DNA from: a virus
Lineage: Duplodnaviria > Caudoviricetes
DNA: 33,054 nt
IMG/VR virus record: IMGVR_UViG_3300016263_000255
Location: 1 to 33,054 of that record
Reading direction: 5' to 3' (one strand)
The translations under genes were made by a program, and so were the position numbers. Shown in pieces: positions 16,808 to 25,499 of the stretch; the first letter of the stretch is position 1; every line of letters begins with the position of its first letter. The notes beneath the pieces are model-generated. The model worked only from the letters and a program-made list of their open reading frames with translations, was not told the origin of the DNA and did no database searches.

Positions 16808-17218
16808 CTAAGTACCAGTAGCTACAGTCACAACCCACAAGGTTGAACTAACACGACTGCATGATGCAATCTGCTTGTTCAATGTAGTGAGAGTAATTGC
16901 CGCACCTGCGGAACCACCATTAATTGCGTCAGAAGATGTAGGAGGATAGAGCTTTAAATCGTTCGCTCCACCATTTCTAACAGTCACAGTAATTCCAAGT
17001 GGTGTATTTGGATTGAGTTTAACACCTGTGCTTGCAGCAGCAGTTGATACGTTATTAACCTGACCAGTCAACAACGTAGCATCTGAAATCGTCGTACCAG
17101 CAGCAGTTACAGCAGCCGAAACAGGCTCTGCTGGAAGTGCATCAATAGTAGGCGACCCAAGTTTAGCAGCTTGCTCTGGTGCCATTCCCAAACCAATTAG
17201 ATCGGTTACAAGAGCCAT
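16808..17218 (-). CDS. Putative capsid decoration or head-fibre protein
   Basis: Ala/Thr-rich beta protein (VTAAGTTISDATLL...TVRNGGANDLKLYP); TAAGGAG RBS. Confidence 0.6.
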   Translation of the reverse strand: MALVTDLIGLGMAPEQAAKLGSPTIDALPAEPVSAAVTAAGTTISDATLLTGQVNNVSTAAASTGVKLNPNTPLGITVTVRNGGANDLKLYPPTSSDAINGGSAGAAITLTTLNKQIASCSRVSSTLWVVTVATGT

Positions 17219-17235
17219 AAAACTCCTTATAAAGT

Positions 17236-17259
17236 GCGGCTGCTATACAAGCCAGCCGC
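17236..17259 (-). terminator. Hairpin with loop GCTTGTATAG (copy 1)
   Basis: Minus strand GCGGCTG-GCTTGTATAG-CAGCCGC followed by ACTTTAT. Confidence 0.5.
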
Positions 17260-17266
17260 TAATTGG

Positions 17267-17752
17267 TTAGTTCACCGAGAGGTAGCCGTTTGAGCGAAGC
17301 TCAACAGCAGCAGCCGTTGTGGTAAGCGTCAAACCAACTACGTTCTTGATAAGAGTCGTAGAAGCATCATCAGCCACACCAGCAGTAGCAGTAGTATTAA
17401 GGTTAGCTTCTGCAACATACGAAGCAGCAATCTTACCTTTGATACCTTTACCAACTCCACCACCCATTGCTCCACCAATCCATACCCAGCCTTGCTCGCC
17501 TGATGCAAACGCATACTGCGCTACACCAACTTGAAGGCTGTTAGAACCAGCAGTTGTAGTTGTCAATTCAGCTACAGTGTTATCCTTAGCGATTGCCACA
17601 AATGCGTATTGAGCAACGGTAGCCGAAGCCTGAACGTATACCCACTCACCATCTGGATCAGAACCAAGGTCACCGAGCTTGTACTCCTGAATTGCAGGAG
17701 ACGAAGGAATCGACTTCTTGTAATTAACTCCGAAAGATCCTGAACGTGCCAT
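17267..17752 (-). CDS. Putative capsid cement/decoration protein
   Basis: Immediately follows the major capsid gene; LG...DGEWVYVQA...GVAQ...GEQGWVW motif; AGGAGG RBS. Confidence 0.7.
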   Translation of the reverse strand: MARSGSFGVNYKKSIPSSPAIQEYKLGDLGSDPDGEWVYVQASATVAQYAFVAIAKDNTVAELTTTTAGSNSLQVGVAQYAFASGEQGWVWIGGAMGGGVGKGIKGKIAASYVAEANLNTTATAGVADDASTTLIKNVVGLTLTTTAAAVELRSNGYLSVN

Positions 17753-17771
17753 TTTAAGTTCCTCCTATTCT

Positions 17772-18728
17772 TTAAGCGTAAATAACAGCCTGAAGTGCAG
17801 GAGCTGAACAGCAGAGGTTTCCTTCCACAATGATCACTGTGAAGAAAGCATCCTGGTCAACAGGACGATTCATCTCAGGAGCAAGCGGCTTGAAATCTGC
17901 GCCACGAACCATGTCAAACGACCAATACTTAGTATTGAGAAGTCGTACAGAGTTTGTCTCAAGCACTGACGATCCGTATCCACCATCGAATACGAAATCA
18001 CATCCGTCATAGCTCAATGCACGGAATCCAGCGGTAGCTTTCTTTGCAGGAAGCTGAATACGCTGAATAGCTGTGAGAGAGCTGTGGAGGAACTTCCAAG
18101 CAGTACGATCACAGAGAGCAAGGTCAGGAGTTTCATCACCACGAGTGATTTGAGAAATAGCGTCTGATACCTGCTCTTGTACATTAGAAGCACTAAGGGT
18201 TACGTTTACCGCAAGGTTACGTGCCCAAGTGTTGCTAGTACGGTCGATCTGACCATAAGTTCCAGAAGATGGCGAAGTCGAAACTGCCTTCTTGATACCA
18301 TCAAACTCAAGTCCTCCGCTTCCAGTTCCATCGCCACGAAGCGAGGTAGAAACAGTATTCTTGAGACGGCTGATAGCTGCTTTCATCTTCATCTCAGCGA
18401 GATCAAGCAACATAGCTTGGTCACGGTTAGCACGACGATCACGACCGCTGATAGCTACTGGCTCGTATGCTTGCTTGATAGCGAAGCGGAAAGCAGTTGC
18501 ATCATCGATTGCATCGAGGTTGAATGAAGAAAATCCAGCGTAGAATCCACCTACAGCTGCATCATTGTACATGATTGGCTTACGGAGTTCATATCCACCA
18601 GAAAATTTACGGATAAGACCTTGATCATCCAGCGACTTCAAAAGCGGATTATGGTGAAGTACCTCATCAGCGATTGCATCAGACTGGTCAAACAAGGTCG
18701 CTACGATTGCTTCCTCAAGATTTGCCAT
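17772..18728 (-). CDS. Major capsid protein
   Basis: 318 aa after the scaffold; IADEVLHHNPLL..FSGGYELRKPIMY, LRGDGTGSGGLEFDGI and GNLCCS motifs typical of HK97-fold podovirus capsids. Confidence 0.88.
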   Translation of the reverse strand: MANLEEAIVATLFDQSDAIADEVLHHNPLLKSLDDQGLIRKFSGGYELRKPIMYNDAAVGGFYAGFSSFNLDAIDDATAFRFAIKQAYEPVAISGRDRRANRDQAMLLDLAEMKMKAAISRLKNTVSTSLRGDGTGSGGLEFDGIKKAVSTSPSSGTYGQIDRTSNTWARNLAVNVTLSASNVQEQVSDAISQITRGDETPDLALCDRTAWKFLHSSLTAIQRIQLPAKKATAGFRALSYDGCDFVFDGGYGSSVLETNSVRLLNTKYWSFDMVRGADFKPLAPEMNRPVDQDAFFTVIIVEGNLCCSAPALQAVIYA

Positions 18729-18772
18729 TTTGTTGTCCTTAAAGTTTTACTTACAGGACAACTAGGCTTGCG

Positions 18773-19846
18773 CTAATCGCCACCAAATCGGCGGCGCAAG
18801 TTATCCCGTAAATCTTTTGATACTACTCTCGGAGTCCCACTACCTGCGGAGCCCGAGATTGAGCGAGAAGCGGATTTAGCCTTTTGGACTACCGCCTGAT
18901 TCTGATTCATCACCGCCTTTGCAGTCATAGCTTGATTGAGACTGGAAAAGGTTGGGTTGCCAGCTACTACATAGTTATAGGCAGTTTCTAGTATCTCCTC
19001 TGGAGAGCCATACTTACCTGTACTTGTTAGCGCACTCACGATTGGAGCCATCTCAGCTTCTAACTGCGAAGCTGTTTCTGGATCTCTAAACAGAGGTTTA
19101 GCTGACATGAAGGATTCTACAACCCGTTCATTATAGTAGGCAACGGCAGATTGTTGTTGCTGCTGTTGGTATGCCTGAAACTTCTCATCGGCTATACGTT
19201 CAGCTTCCTCTCTGGTGAGATAATTTTGCTGTGGCTGTTGGTATCCCTGCTGCAATGCCTGTTGCTGCTGTTGCGTCAAATCCTCAATACTAAGACCGTA
19301 AGAGTCCAGCCATTCTAACGCTGTTTGAACAGGGTCAGCTTTCATAGCTTGGTCCCAAGCAATGGAGCGTTTAGCTATATCGCCAAGCGAAATACCCTGC
19401 TTTGCGTAATCAGCCTCATATTGCTTAATCGTATCAAGCACGGAAGATGTTTGATTCTTCATCTGCTCAATCTCGACCATGTGACGCTGATGGTCGCTTC
19501 TAAGTTCGTATGCTCTACGATTCATGTACTGCTGTAGGATATGAGCATTGGCAGGAGTAGGGTTAAGAAACGCCTCTTTTTCAGCCTTATTCATATCAGC
19601 TGGTGGAACTACTGGAATGCGCTCAACCTGCGGTTGTTCTACCGCCTGAACTTCCTCCTGAACTTCTTCAGTCTCAGGGTTATTATGCTCTGGCGCATCG
19701 CTAACAACAGCGTCATCTTCCTTCTTAAATTGCTTAGAAAGAGCTTGCCGAATACTAATCTTTTCTTCTTCATGGTCAGCAACTACCTCAGTATCTTCAG
19801 GCGTCAAATCCTGCACTTCTTCTGTATTTGTTTCTACATTATCCAT
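18773..19846 (-). CDS. Capsid scaffolding protein
   Basis: Acidic N-terminus, helical Gln-rich body, C-terminal AKSASRSISGS...LRDNLRR; directly precedes the capsid gene. Confidence 0.75.
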   Translation of the reverse strand: MDNVETNTEEVQDLTPEDTEVVADHEEEKISIRQALSKQFKKEDDAVVSDAPEHNNPETEEVQEEVQAVEQPQVERIPVVPPADMNKAEKEAFLNPTPANAHILQQYMNRRAYELRSDHQRHMVEIEQMKNQTSSVLDTIKQYEADYAKQGISLGDIAKRSIAWDQAMKADPVQTALEWLDSYGLSIEDLTQQQQQALQQGYQQPQQNYLTREEAERIADEKFQAYQQQQQQSAVAYYNERVVESFMSAKPLFRDPETASQLEAEMAPIVSALTSTGKYGSPEEILETAYNYVVAGNPTFSSLNQAMTAKAVMNQNQAVVQKAKSASRSISGSAGSGTPRVVSKDLRDNLRRRFGGD

Positions 19847-20153
19847 TTAGTCTCTCCTTTACCTGTCTCATAAAATTGGACACAATCTTGCGTTCTCGTG
19901 ATTCAGCATCACGTTCAGGATTGTATCCACGCTCAAATTCAGTCCCAACCTCAACTGCACCAGCCGCACGATAAGCGGCTCGTAATTTGCTTTTGCTTGT
20001 ATAAACTTCTTTAGGATTAAGAGGGTTCCGAGTTGGTTCCATCTCATCTTGTATAAACAAGTCTCGTGCGTGAGATTGATATTCTTTGTGCACTTCTTCG
20101 ATTGGCACGACTTTCTGTTGTTTGTGGCAATACTGAAATAGTTTGTATTTCAT
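19839..20153 (-). CDS. Conserved hypothetical head-region protein
   Basis: IQDEMEPTRNP...YTSKSKLRAAYRAAGAVEVG motif; ATGA-coupled. Confidence 0.65.
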   Translation of the reverse strand: MKYKLFQYCHKQQKVVPIEEVHKEYQSHARDLFIQDEMEPTRNPLNPKEVYTSKSKLRAAYRAAGAVEVGTEFERGYNPERDAESRERKIVSNFMRQVKERLNG

Positions 20154-21487
20154 AATTCATCCATTGTAGCGAGCATCAGTAAAGCTCTAAGCTGTTTGTT
20201 CTTGCGAAGATTTGTCTGATACGATTCGACTGCTTGCAATATTTGCTGTCGCTCCTCATCGGACATTTCCGGTAAAACTTCTACTTCTGCCTCTAATGGT
20301 TTGTCCGCTTCTTTTTCCAGTTCAATCTTAATATTGAACGGTTGTTTTGTTTGCTGTGGCTTAATGCCTTTTAGTTGTCGTTCCTGCAACAGCTGTGCTG
20401 CTACGTTTTCTTCGTCAATCTCATCTTGTTTGCGTCGCCGTTTACGAGCTGGCTTCGTTAAAATATCAGAGGTATCTGTGCTTTCGTATGATACTACAGG
20501 AGGATAAAAAGTTGTATCGGGACCTATTGGCAAAAGGGAAATAGTGTCGCCAAGAGAAATGGTCGCTAAGTGGAAAGTGGTAGTGCTAGGAATTGCATTG
20601 AGGGTAATGTCAGCACTTGTTGTGATTGTCGCATTGTGAAATGTGGTACCGCTTGGGATAGCATCGCAAGCAATATCATTGGAACTGCTGATAGTGGCAT
20701 TGTGAAAAGTGGCTGGATTATCCAGCAAATTAAGGGATATGTCTTGAGCAACCGCAAGAGAATACTTTAGTGGTAAACCTTCTCGAAATCCTGCACCTCT
20801 GCCACAGAGATAAAGAGAACGTACTTCACTTGCTGTCAAAGGACGACTGAACAACCGAACGTCATCCATGCAACCACTAAAATAGGTGCCTATTGCTAAA
20901 CGTATCGTTGCTCCAATTCCGAAACGATCCCAAGTAGAAGCAGTACCACCTGAGTATGTAGCTTGTGCACCTTCCTCTACGCCATTGATGTAAAGGCGAG
21001 CACCTACTGAACCGTTGCCACCCATAATGGCAGCGACATGAATCCACTTGTCGGTGTTTACAGCAGATGTTGAAGTTACAGAGAAATTTACTGTACCTGC
21101 GGCGTTACGAACAAACCATTGCAACAAAGTGTTGTTAGTTGCATCAGCCCGCAAAAACATTGACGGGTCGTTTGCTGTGGTAATACCAGCACCAAAAACA
21201 GAACCGAATCCAGCGGTCGCTGTTTTTATCCATCCTGAAAATGAAAACGATCTAGCAGCGACGGAACTTTGAAATGTAACGTTATTATTACTTACAACGT
21301 AATTATTGGTTGCATCAAAGTTGAGTGCCCAACCACCATCAACAACCCAATCGGTCGATGGAGTAACACCGTTTAGTGTTCCATGGTTTTCATTGTTGGA
21401 ACGGTCTACTAATTGTTGTGACCCAGTTGGTCCCGCATTAGGTAACCACCAACAAAACAAACCATTCTGCGGCGGTCGCCGAGACAT
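20150..21487 (-). CDS. LamG/concanavalin A-like domain protein with 22-aa repeats and a charged C-terminus
   Basis: DRSNNENHGTL, FSFSGWIK, KWIHVAA, RLYINGV, YFSGCMDDVRLFSRPLTASEV. Confidence 0.8.
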   Translation of the reverse strand: MSRRPPQNGLFCWWLPNAGPTGSQQLVDRSNNENHGTLNGVTPSTDWVVDGGWALNFDATNNYVVSNNNVTFQSSVAARSFSFSGWIKTATAGFGSVFGAGITTANDPSMFLRADATNNTLLQWFVRNAAGTVNFSVTSTSAVNTDKWIHVAAIMGGNGSVGARLYINGVEEGAQATYSGGTASTWDRFGIGATIRLAIGTYFSGCMDDVRLFSRPLTASEVRSLYLCGRGAGFREGLPLKYSLAVAQDISLNLLDNPATFHNATISSSNDIACDAIPSGTTFHNATITTSADITLNAIPSTTTFHLATISLGDTISLLPIGPDTTFYPPVVSYESTDTSDILTKPARKRRRKQDEIDEENVAAQLLQERQLKGIKPQQTKQPFNIKIELEKEADKPLEAEVEVLPEMSDEERQQILQAVESYQTNLRKNKQLRALLMLATMDEL

Positions 21488-21488
21488 A

Positions 21489-21995
21489 TTACACTACCGT
21501 TTGGAATACAGGCTGTATGTAAATTGCGTGATCGGCTGCTGTGCTAGACAATGTTTGTGCGGTATTTTGAACTACCCATACAACAAATTTGGTTGGCAAT
21601 ACGCCGCCAAAAATTGCTGCAACGGACACTCCTGAAAACCAATAAGTTTGACCAGTAGTTGCGTCGATAACCATCTCTGCTGCAAAACGGCAGAGTGAGT
21701 TTTTATGATTAGCTGACGTCAAACTACGATTAGCATCCAATCCAGTAAACTGATCAGGATAGGTTGTACCGTCTGCGATTGCTACAACAAAAACCTGAAT
21801 GGCTCGTCCAGATGTAGGAGCTACCGTTGTATTAACTTTTACTTTTCCAGCTAAAATATAATCAAGGTATTTATTGGTTGTGTTATCAATGGCATCTGAT
21901 TGTCTACCAGCAAGCAAGTTAGTATCGCTTGCCAAGCTCGTTAGAGTGATTGTTGCTGTTGATGATGATGGATAGCTAAATTTTACGTCAGCCAT
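21489..21995 (-). CDS. Hypothetical beta-rich structural protein
   Basis: SLASDTNLLAGRQSDAIDNTTNKYLD; coupled within the operon. Confidence 0.65.
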   Translation of the reverse strand: MADVKFSYPSSSTATITLTSLASDTNLLAGRQSDAIDNTTNKYLDYILAGKVKVNTTVAPTSGRAIQVFVVAIADGTTYPDQFTGLDANRSLTSANHKNSLCRFAAEMVIDATTGQTYWFSGVSVAAIFGGVLPTKFVVWVVQNTAQTLSSTAADHAIYIQPVFQTVV

Positions 21996-22434
21996 TGATT
22001 CTCCTTGCAGCCTGTACCAAGCCTATGCCTAGTTCTCCATAGCCATTTAAATCGACCCATTTCATTGTAACACTTCCCATAACTGACATAGCATCAGCAT
22101 CTACTGCGTCAACAATATCGTAAGCAACTAAACCAACCATCATATCCATGGTTACTGGATCATCCATGTTGACAGTCATGAGTCTATTACCGATGTCATC
22201 AATCCATGCTTTAATGTTCAAGCATAAATGTCTTTTGCCAACGTCTGATGATGTGCAGTTTTCTTCAATGACTGCATAAAACCCTTGCTTGATTGCGTAT
22301 GCTTTTAAAGCGCCGCAATCGACAGGTTTTCGTATAACTTCAGTTTTAGCGTTAATTAAGTCAGCCGCTTCTTGATCAGTCTTGTCCTGATATTCTGGCT
22401 TTTTTAACTCGTCGCAAAGTGGTGTGAAATCCAT
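21988..22434 (-). CDS. Hypothetical protein
   Basis: ORF packed in the late operon; acidic. Confidence 0.6.
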   Translation of the reverse strand: MDFTPLCDELKKPEYQDKTDQEAADLINAKTEVIRKPVDCGALKAYAIKQGFYAVIEENCTSSDVGKRHLCLNIKAWIDDIGNRLMTVNMDDPVTMDMMVGLVAYDIVDAVDADAMSVMGSVTMKWVDLNGYGELGIGLVQAARRING

Positions 22435-22438
22435 ATTG

Positions 22439-22864
22439 TTACAGTGAGAATATGCCTGAAGCGTTAAAGGTTACGGTGATATTACCGCCGTTAGGAGTTA
22501 CCGGCAGTCCACTTGCTACTACATCGATGTAAGCAACAAGAGGGCTGGTGGCTGCTGTGCCGGTATCTTTAAATATTATTAGAGCCTCTACGCTACTTCC
22601 TGTAACAGAAGTGTAGGTTACGTCTGCTGCATCAAACGTGCCACTTGTAACGGTTTTAGAAGCAAGGGTAGCTGCTGTTCCAACCAACGCTGCTGAAGCC
22701 GAACTCCAATATTCATTGGCTGAGTTATAGGTGTAAACACCAGTATCAATCAGAGCTATCTTTATTGTGTCATCGATAAGGTCAACAGCGGTTCCCGATG
22801 TAGGTCCGAGTGTTCCTGGGTTAAGAATCTTTTCTTTAAACTTTGGATATAGTGCGTTTGCCAT
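22439..22864 (-). CDS. Conserved phage structural protein
   Basis: MANALY..DTIKIALID..FDAADVT..SPLVAYID..GLPVTPNGGNITVTF, a motif pattern familiar from virion gene modules. Confidence 0.65.
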   Translation of the reverse strand: MANALYPKFKEKILNPGTLGPTSGTAVDLIDDTIKIALIDTGVYTYNSANEYWSSASAALVGTAATLASKTVTSGTFDAADVTYTSVTGSSVEALIIFKDTGTAATSPLVAYIDVVASGLPVTPNGGNITVTFNASGIFSL

Positions 22865-22865
22865 G

Positions 22866-25499
22866 TTAATCCATCTCCATACCTAAGACATTTCCTGTTT
22901 CATCAGTGATAAGTTTGCCGACTCGTTTCTCAGGTTCTTCTGTGATTTCAATACCAACAGGATTACCTAAGTCATCTGTGATGATTGTGCCTCGTTTTTT
23001 CTTCTTTGATTGTTGTTGTGGTGCAATTTGTGCCAATGAGGAATTTTGTGCAACATTTTTTATGTTATCCATTGTCATGCGGATTTGTTCGAGCTGCTGT
23101 TCCTGCTGCAATCGTCGTTCTTCTATAAGTTTTTCCTGTTGAGCAAGTCGGAATTGTGTCTGTTGCGCTTCCAACTTCTGAACTTCAAGCAATCCTTGCA
23201 ATCTATTATTTTCTGCTGTTATTTCATTCTTGATACCATCGTTTTGATTCATAGCCTGAACTTTAAGCATATCAACCTGAACCGAGTTAGCTTTTATCTG
23301 CAACTCTTGTTGCTTCAATGCCAACTCTTGCTCTGCCACATATTGTTCAAGCTGTGCTTTCTGTAACTGAATATTGCCAGCAAGTTGCTCACGTTGCATC
23401 TTCATCTGCTGCTCTTGTGCCGCAAGTATATTCTTTTCATGACCATCCTGAGCTTGGATCTGAGTTGCTTGGATTCGTGCCTGAGCTTCCATCTGAGCAA
23501 TCTGCATACGAGCTTGCATTTCCTGCATGACAGGATCTGGAGGTGGCGGTTGTTTAGCTGCTTCCTCTTTAGCCTTAGCAATCTCACCAATCTGGTTGAG
23601 TGCTTTGGTAAAGATACCATCAAGCTCTTTACCAGACTTGAATCGCTTGATTACGTTCTGAAATAGCTCGATGCTGAATCCGAGAAGTGGTGGATACTGC
23701 TCAATAAGCGACCGCATCTGGTTGAAAAACTCACCAGCGGTAGACATGAGCTGTGCTCCTTCTTGCTGCTCTTGAGCTTGGTCAATCGCTACCATCGAAT
23801 CAGATGCAATCTTGATTCTGTAGTTTACCTTGTCATCATCTCGTAAGAAGCCAAGAATTTGGTCTTTAACCATAGCAATTTGCTGCTCTGGCGTTGGACC
23901 AATTGGCATAGGTGGAGGCGGTGGTGGAGCCATTGGTGCCATACTTGACTCATCAGGTGGCATACCTTCTTGACCCATCTCTGGCATTGGAGCTGGTGGA
24001 GGAAGTTCAGGCATTGGCGGCAATACAGCCTCAATCATCCTATCAGCATCGCCAACATCGAAGATTGTCTCTGGATCAAACTGCTCACAGATAATAGTTC
24101 CGAGTTTAGCGATAGCATCAGATATGAACTTACAGAACATGTTCTGACGCACGACAAGCCCAAGCGATGACCACTGAGACTCTAAGCGATTAGCCGTAGC
24201 AGATTTGTATTGCTCGCTTGTCCCACGAAGCAGGTCAGATACTTTTAGTGTTTCATAAAGCTGCTGCAACGCTGATTGCCGTGCTGCTTGAAGCTGCTGC
24301 AAAGCATTAACGTATGGCGCTATATCCATGAACTCAACGCCAGATTGCAAGCCACCACGAGACTTGTAACTGGGCCAATTCATTACAGGAACCATCTTCA
24401 AATCGCCAATCATGAGCTGCTCAACTTGCAATCCAAGTGAAGCATCATAGAGCGCATTAGTGCGAATGGTTTGTGTGACTGCGTGAATACGAGTTGTGAG
24501 ACGCTCAATCTCTAAGATTTGGTCTTTTACATGAGCATAATCTGATACTGGAATAACAGAATCAGGATCAGCACTCTGAGCAATTACGGAACAAGGATAG
24601 AAACCTTCAAAATCGATAGGTGGCTCTGACTCGTGAATGATGAACTTCTCAGCCGACTTGTGACCCCAATAAACCTTCTCAGTCTCTTCGCACCAAATCT
24701 CGTATACTTCTGCTTTACCTTCGTACTTGTCAGAGTCTTTGTTCCAATCTTTGGTTGCCTTATCTGGAAACGAGTCAAAGTGCATTTTGTCGGCAACTTC
24801 TACGCCGAATAGTTCTTCTGCTTGTGGTCGTGTAAGATACGCACGACGAGCACGCCACTCTACTTCAGTTTCGTTTCTAGCATCTGAGCAGAAGTAGTCA
24901 TTGTACTGAACAACGTCTAGGCAAGCATCATCGCTTTCTTTCTTCTCAATCTTAACCTTAGCAAGAATCAGACCGCCTGGACCTTCACGCTGGCTGATAA
25001 TCTCTTGAGTAAATGGTTGTCCTTGGTCATCTACTAGCGTTCCATCGCCAGCAGGGAACAACGCAATCTCCATCTCTTCTTCTTCTATTTCAGCCTCATA
25101 TCGAGCCCAAAGAACGGCACGACCAGTAAGAAGGAACTGCAAGGCAGAGTTATATCCTACGTTGTCGAATGGAAACTCGCAGTCCATGAGGTACTGGATA
25201 TTGCGCTCAAGGATAACAGCGGACAACTCCTCAAGAGTGCCACCAGTACGTTTACGAAGGCTTACTTCTGCTTTTGGCGTGGAAGAATAATAAGCAGGTA
25301 GGAGAGTATTAACACAATACCACCACACATTAAGTCGTCGCTCTGTATCATTTAGAATCCCCACCTGCTTTTGTGCGTTGTAAACACGGATGGATTCTTC
25401 AGCCATTTCAATGAACTTCTTGGAACGCTCCTCTGCACGAGTAATCTCTGTTTTCCAATAAGTAGAGGAGAACCGTTCAACTAATGGCTTAATCTTCAT
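22866..25499 (-). CDS. Portal protein (P22-like, long C-terminal coiled coil)
   Basis: Follows terL with ATGA coupling; 877 aa; long Gln-rich coiled-coil barrel region. Confidence 0.88.
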   Translation of the reverse strand: MKIKPLVERFSSTYWKTEITRAEERSKKFIEMAEESIRVYNAQKQVGILNDTERRLNVWWYCVNTLLPAYYSSTPKAEVSLRKRTGGTLEELSAVILERNIQYLMDCEFPFDNVGYNSALQFLLTGRAVLWARYEAEIEEEEMEIALFPAGDGTLVDDQGQPFTQEIISQREGPGGLILAKVKIEKKESDDACLDVVQYNDYFCSDARNETEVEWRARRAYLTRPQAEELFGVEVADKMHFDSFPDKATKDWNKDSDKYEGKAEVYEIWCEETEKVYWGHKSAEKFIIHESEPPIDFEGFYPCSVIAQSADPDSVIPVSDYAHVKDQILEIERLTTRIHAVTQTIRTNALYDASLGLQVEQLMIGDLKMVPVMNWPSYKSRGGLQSGVEFMDIAPYVNALQQLQAARQSALQQLYETLKVSDLLRGTSEQYKSATANRLESQWSSLGLVVRQNMFCKFISDAIAKLGTIICEQFDPETIFDVGDADRMIEAVLPPMPELPPPAPMPEMGQEGMPPDESSMAPMAPPPPPPMPIGPTPEQQIAMVKDQILGFLRDDDKVNYRIKIASDSMVAIDQAQEQQEGAQLMSTAGEFFNQMRSLIEQYPPLLGFSIELFQNVIKRFKSGKELDGIFTKALNQIGEIAKAKEEAAKQPPPPDPVMQEMQARMQIAQMEAQARIQATQIQAQDGHEKNILAAQEQQMKMQREQLAGNIQLQKAQLEQYVAEQELALKQQELQIKANSVQVDMLKVQAMNQNDGIKNEITAENNRLQGLLEVQKLEAQQTQFRLAQQEKLIEERRLQQEQQLEQIRMTMDNIKNVAQNSSLAQIAPQQQSKKKKRGTIITDDLGNPVGIEITEEPEKRVGKLITDETGNVLGMEMD

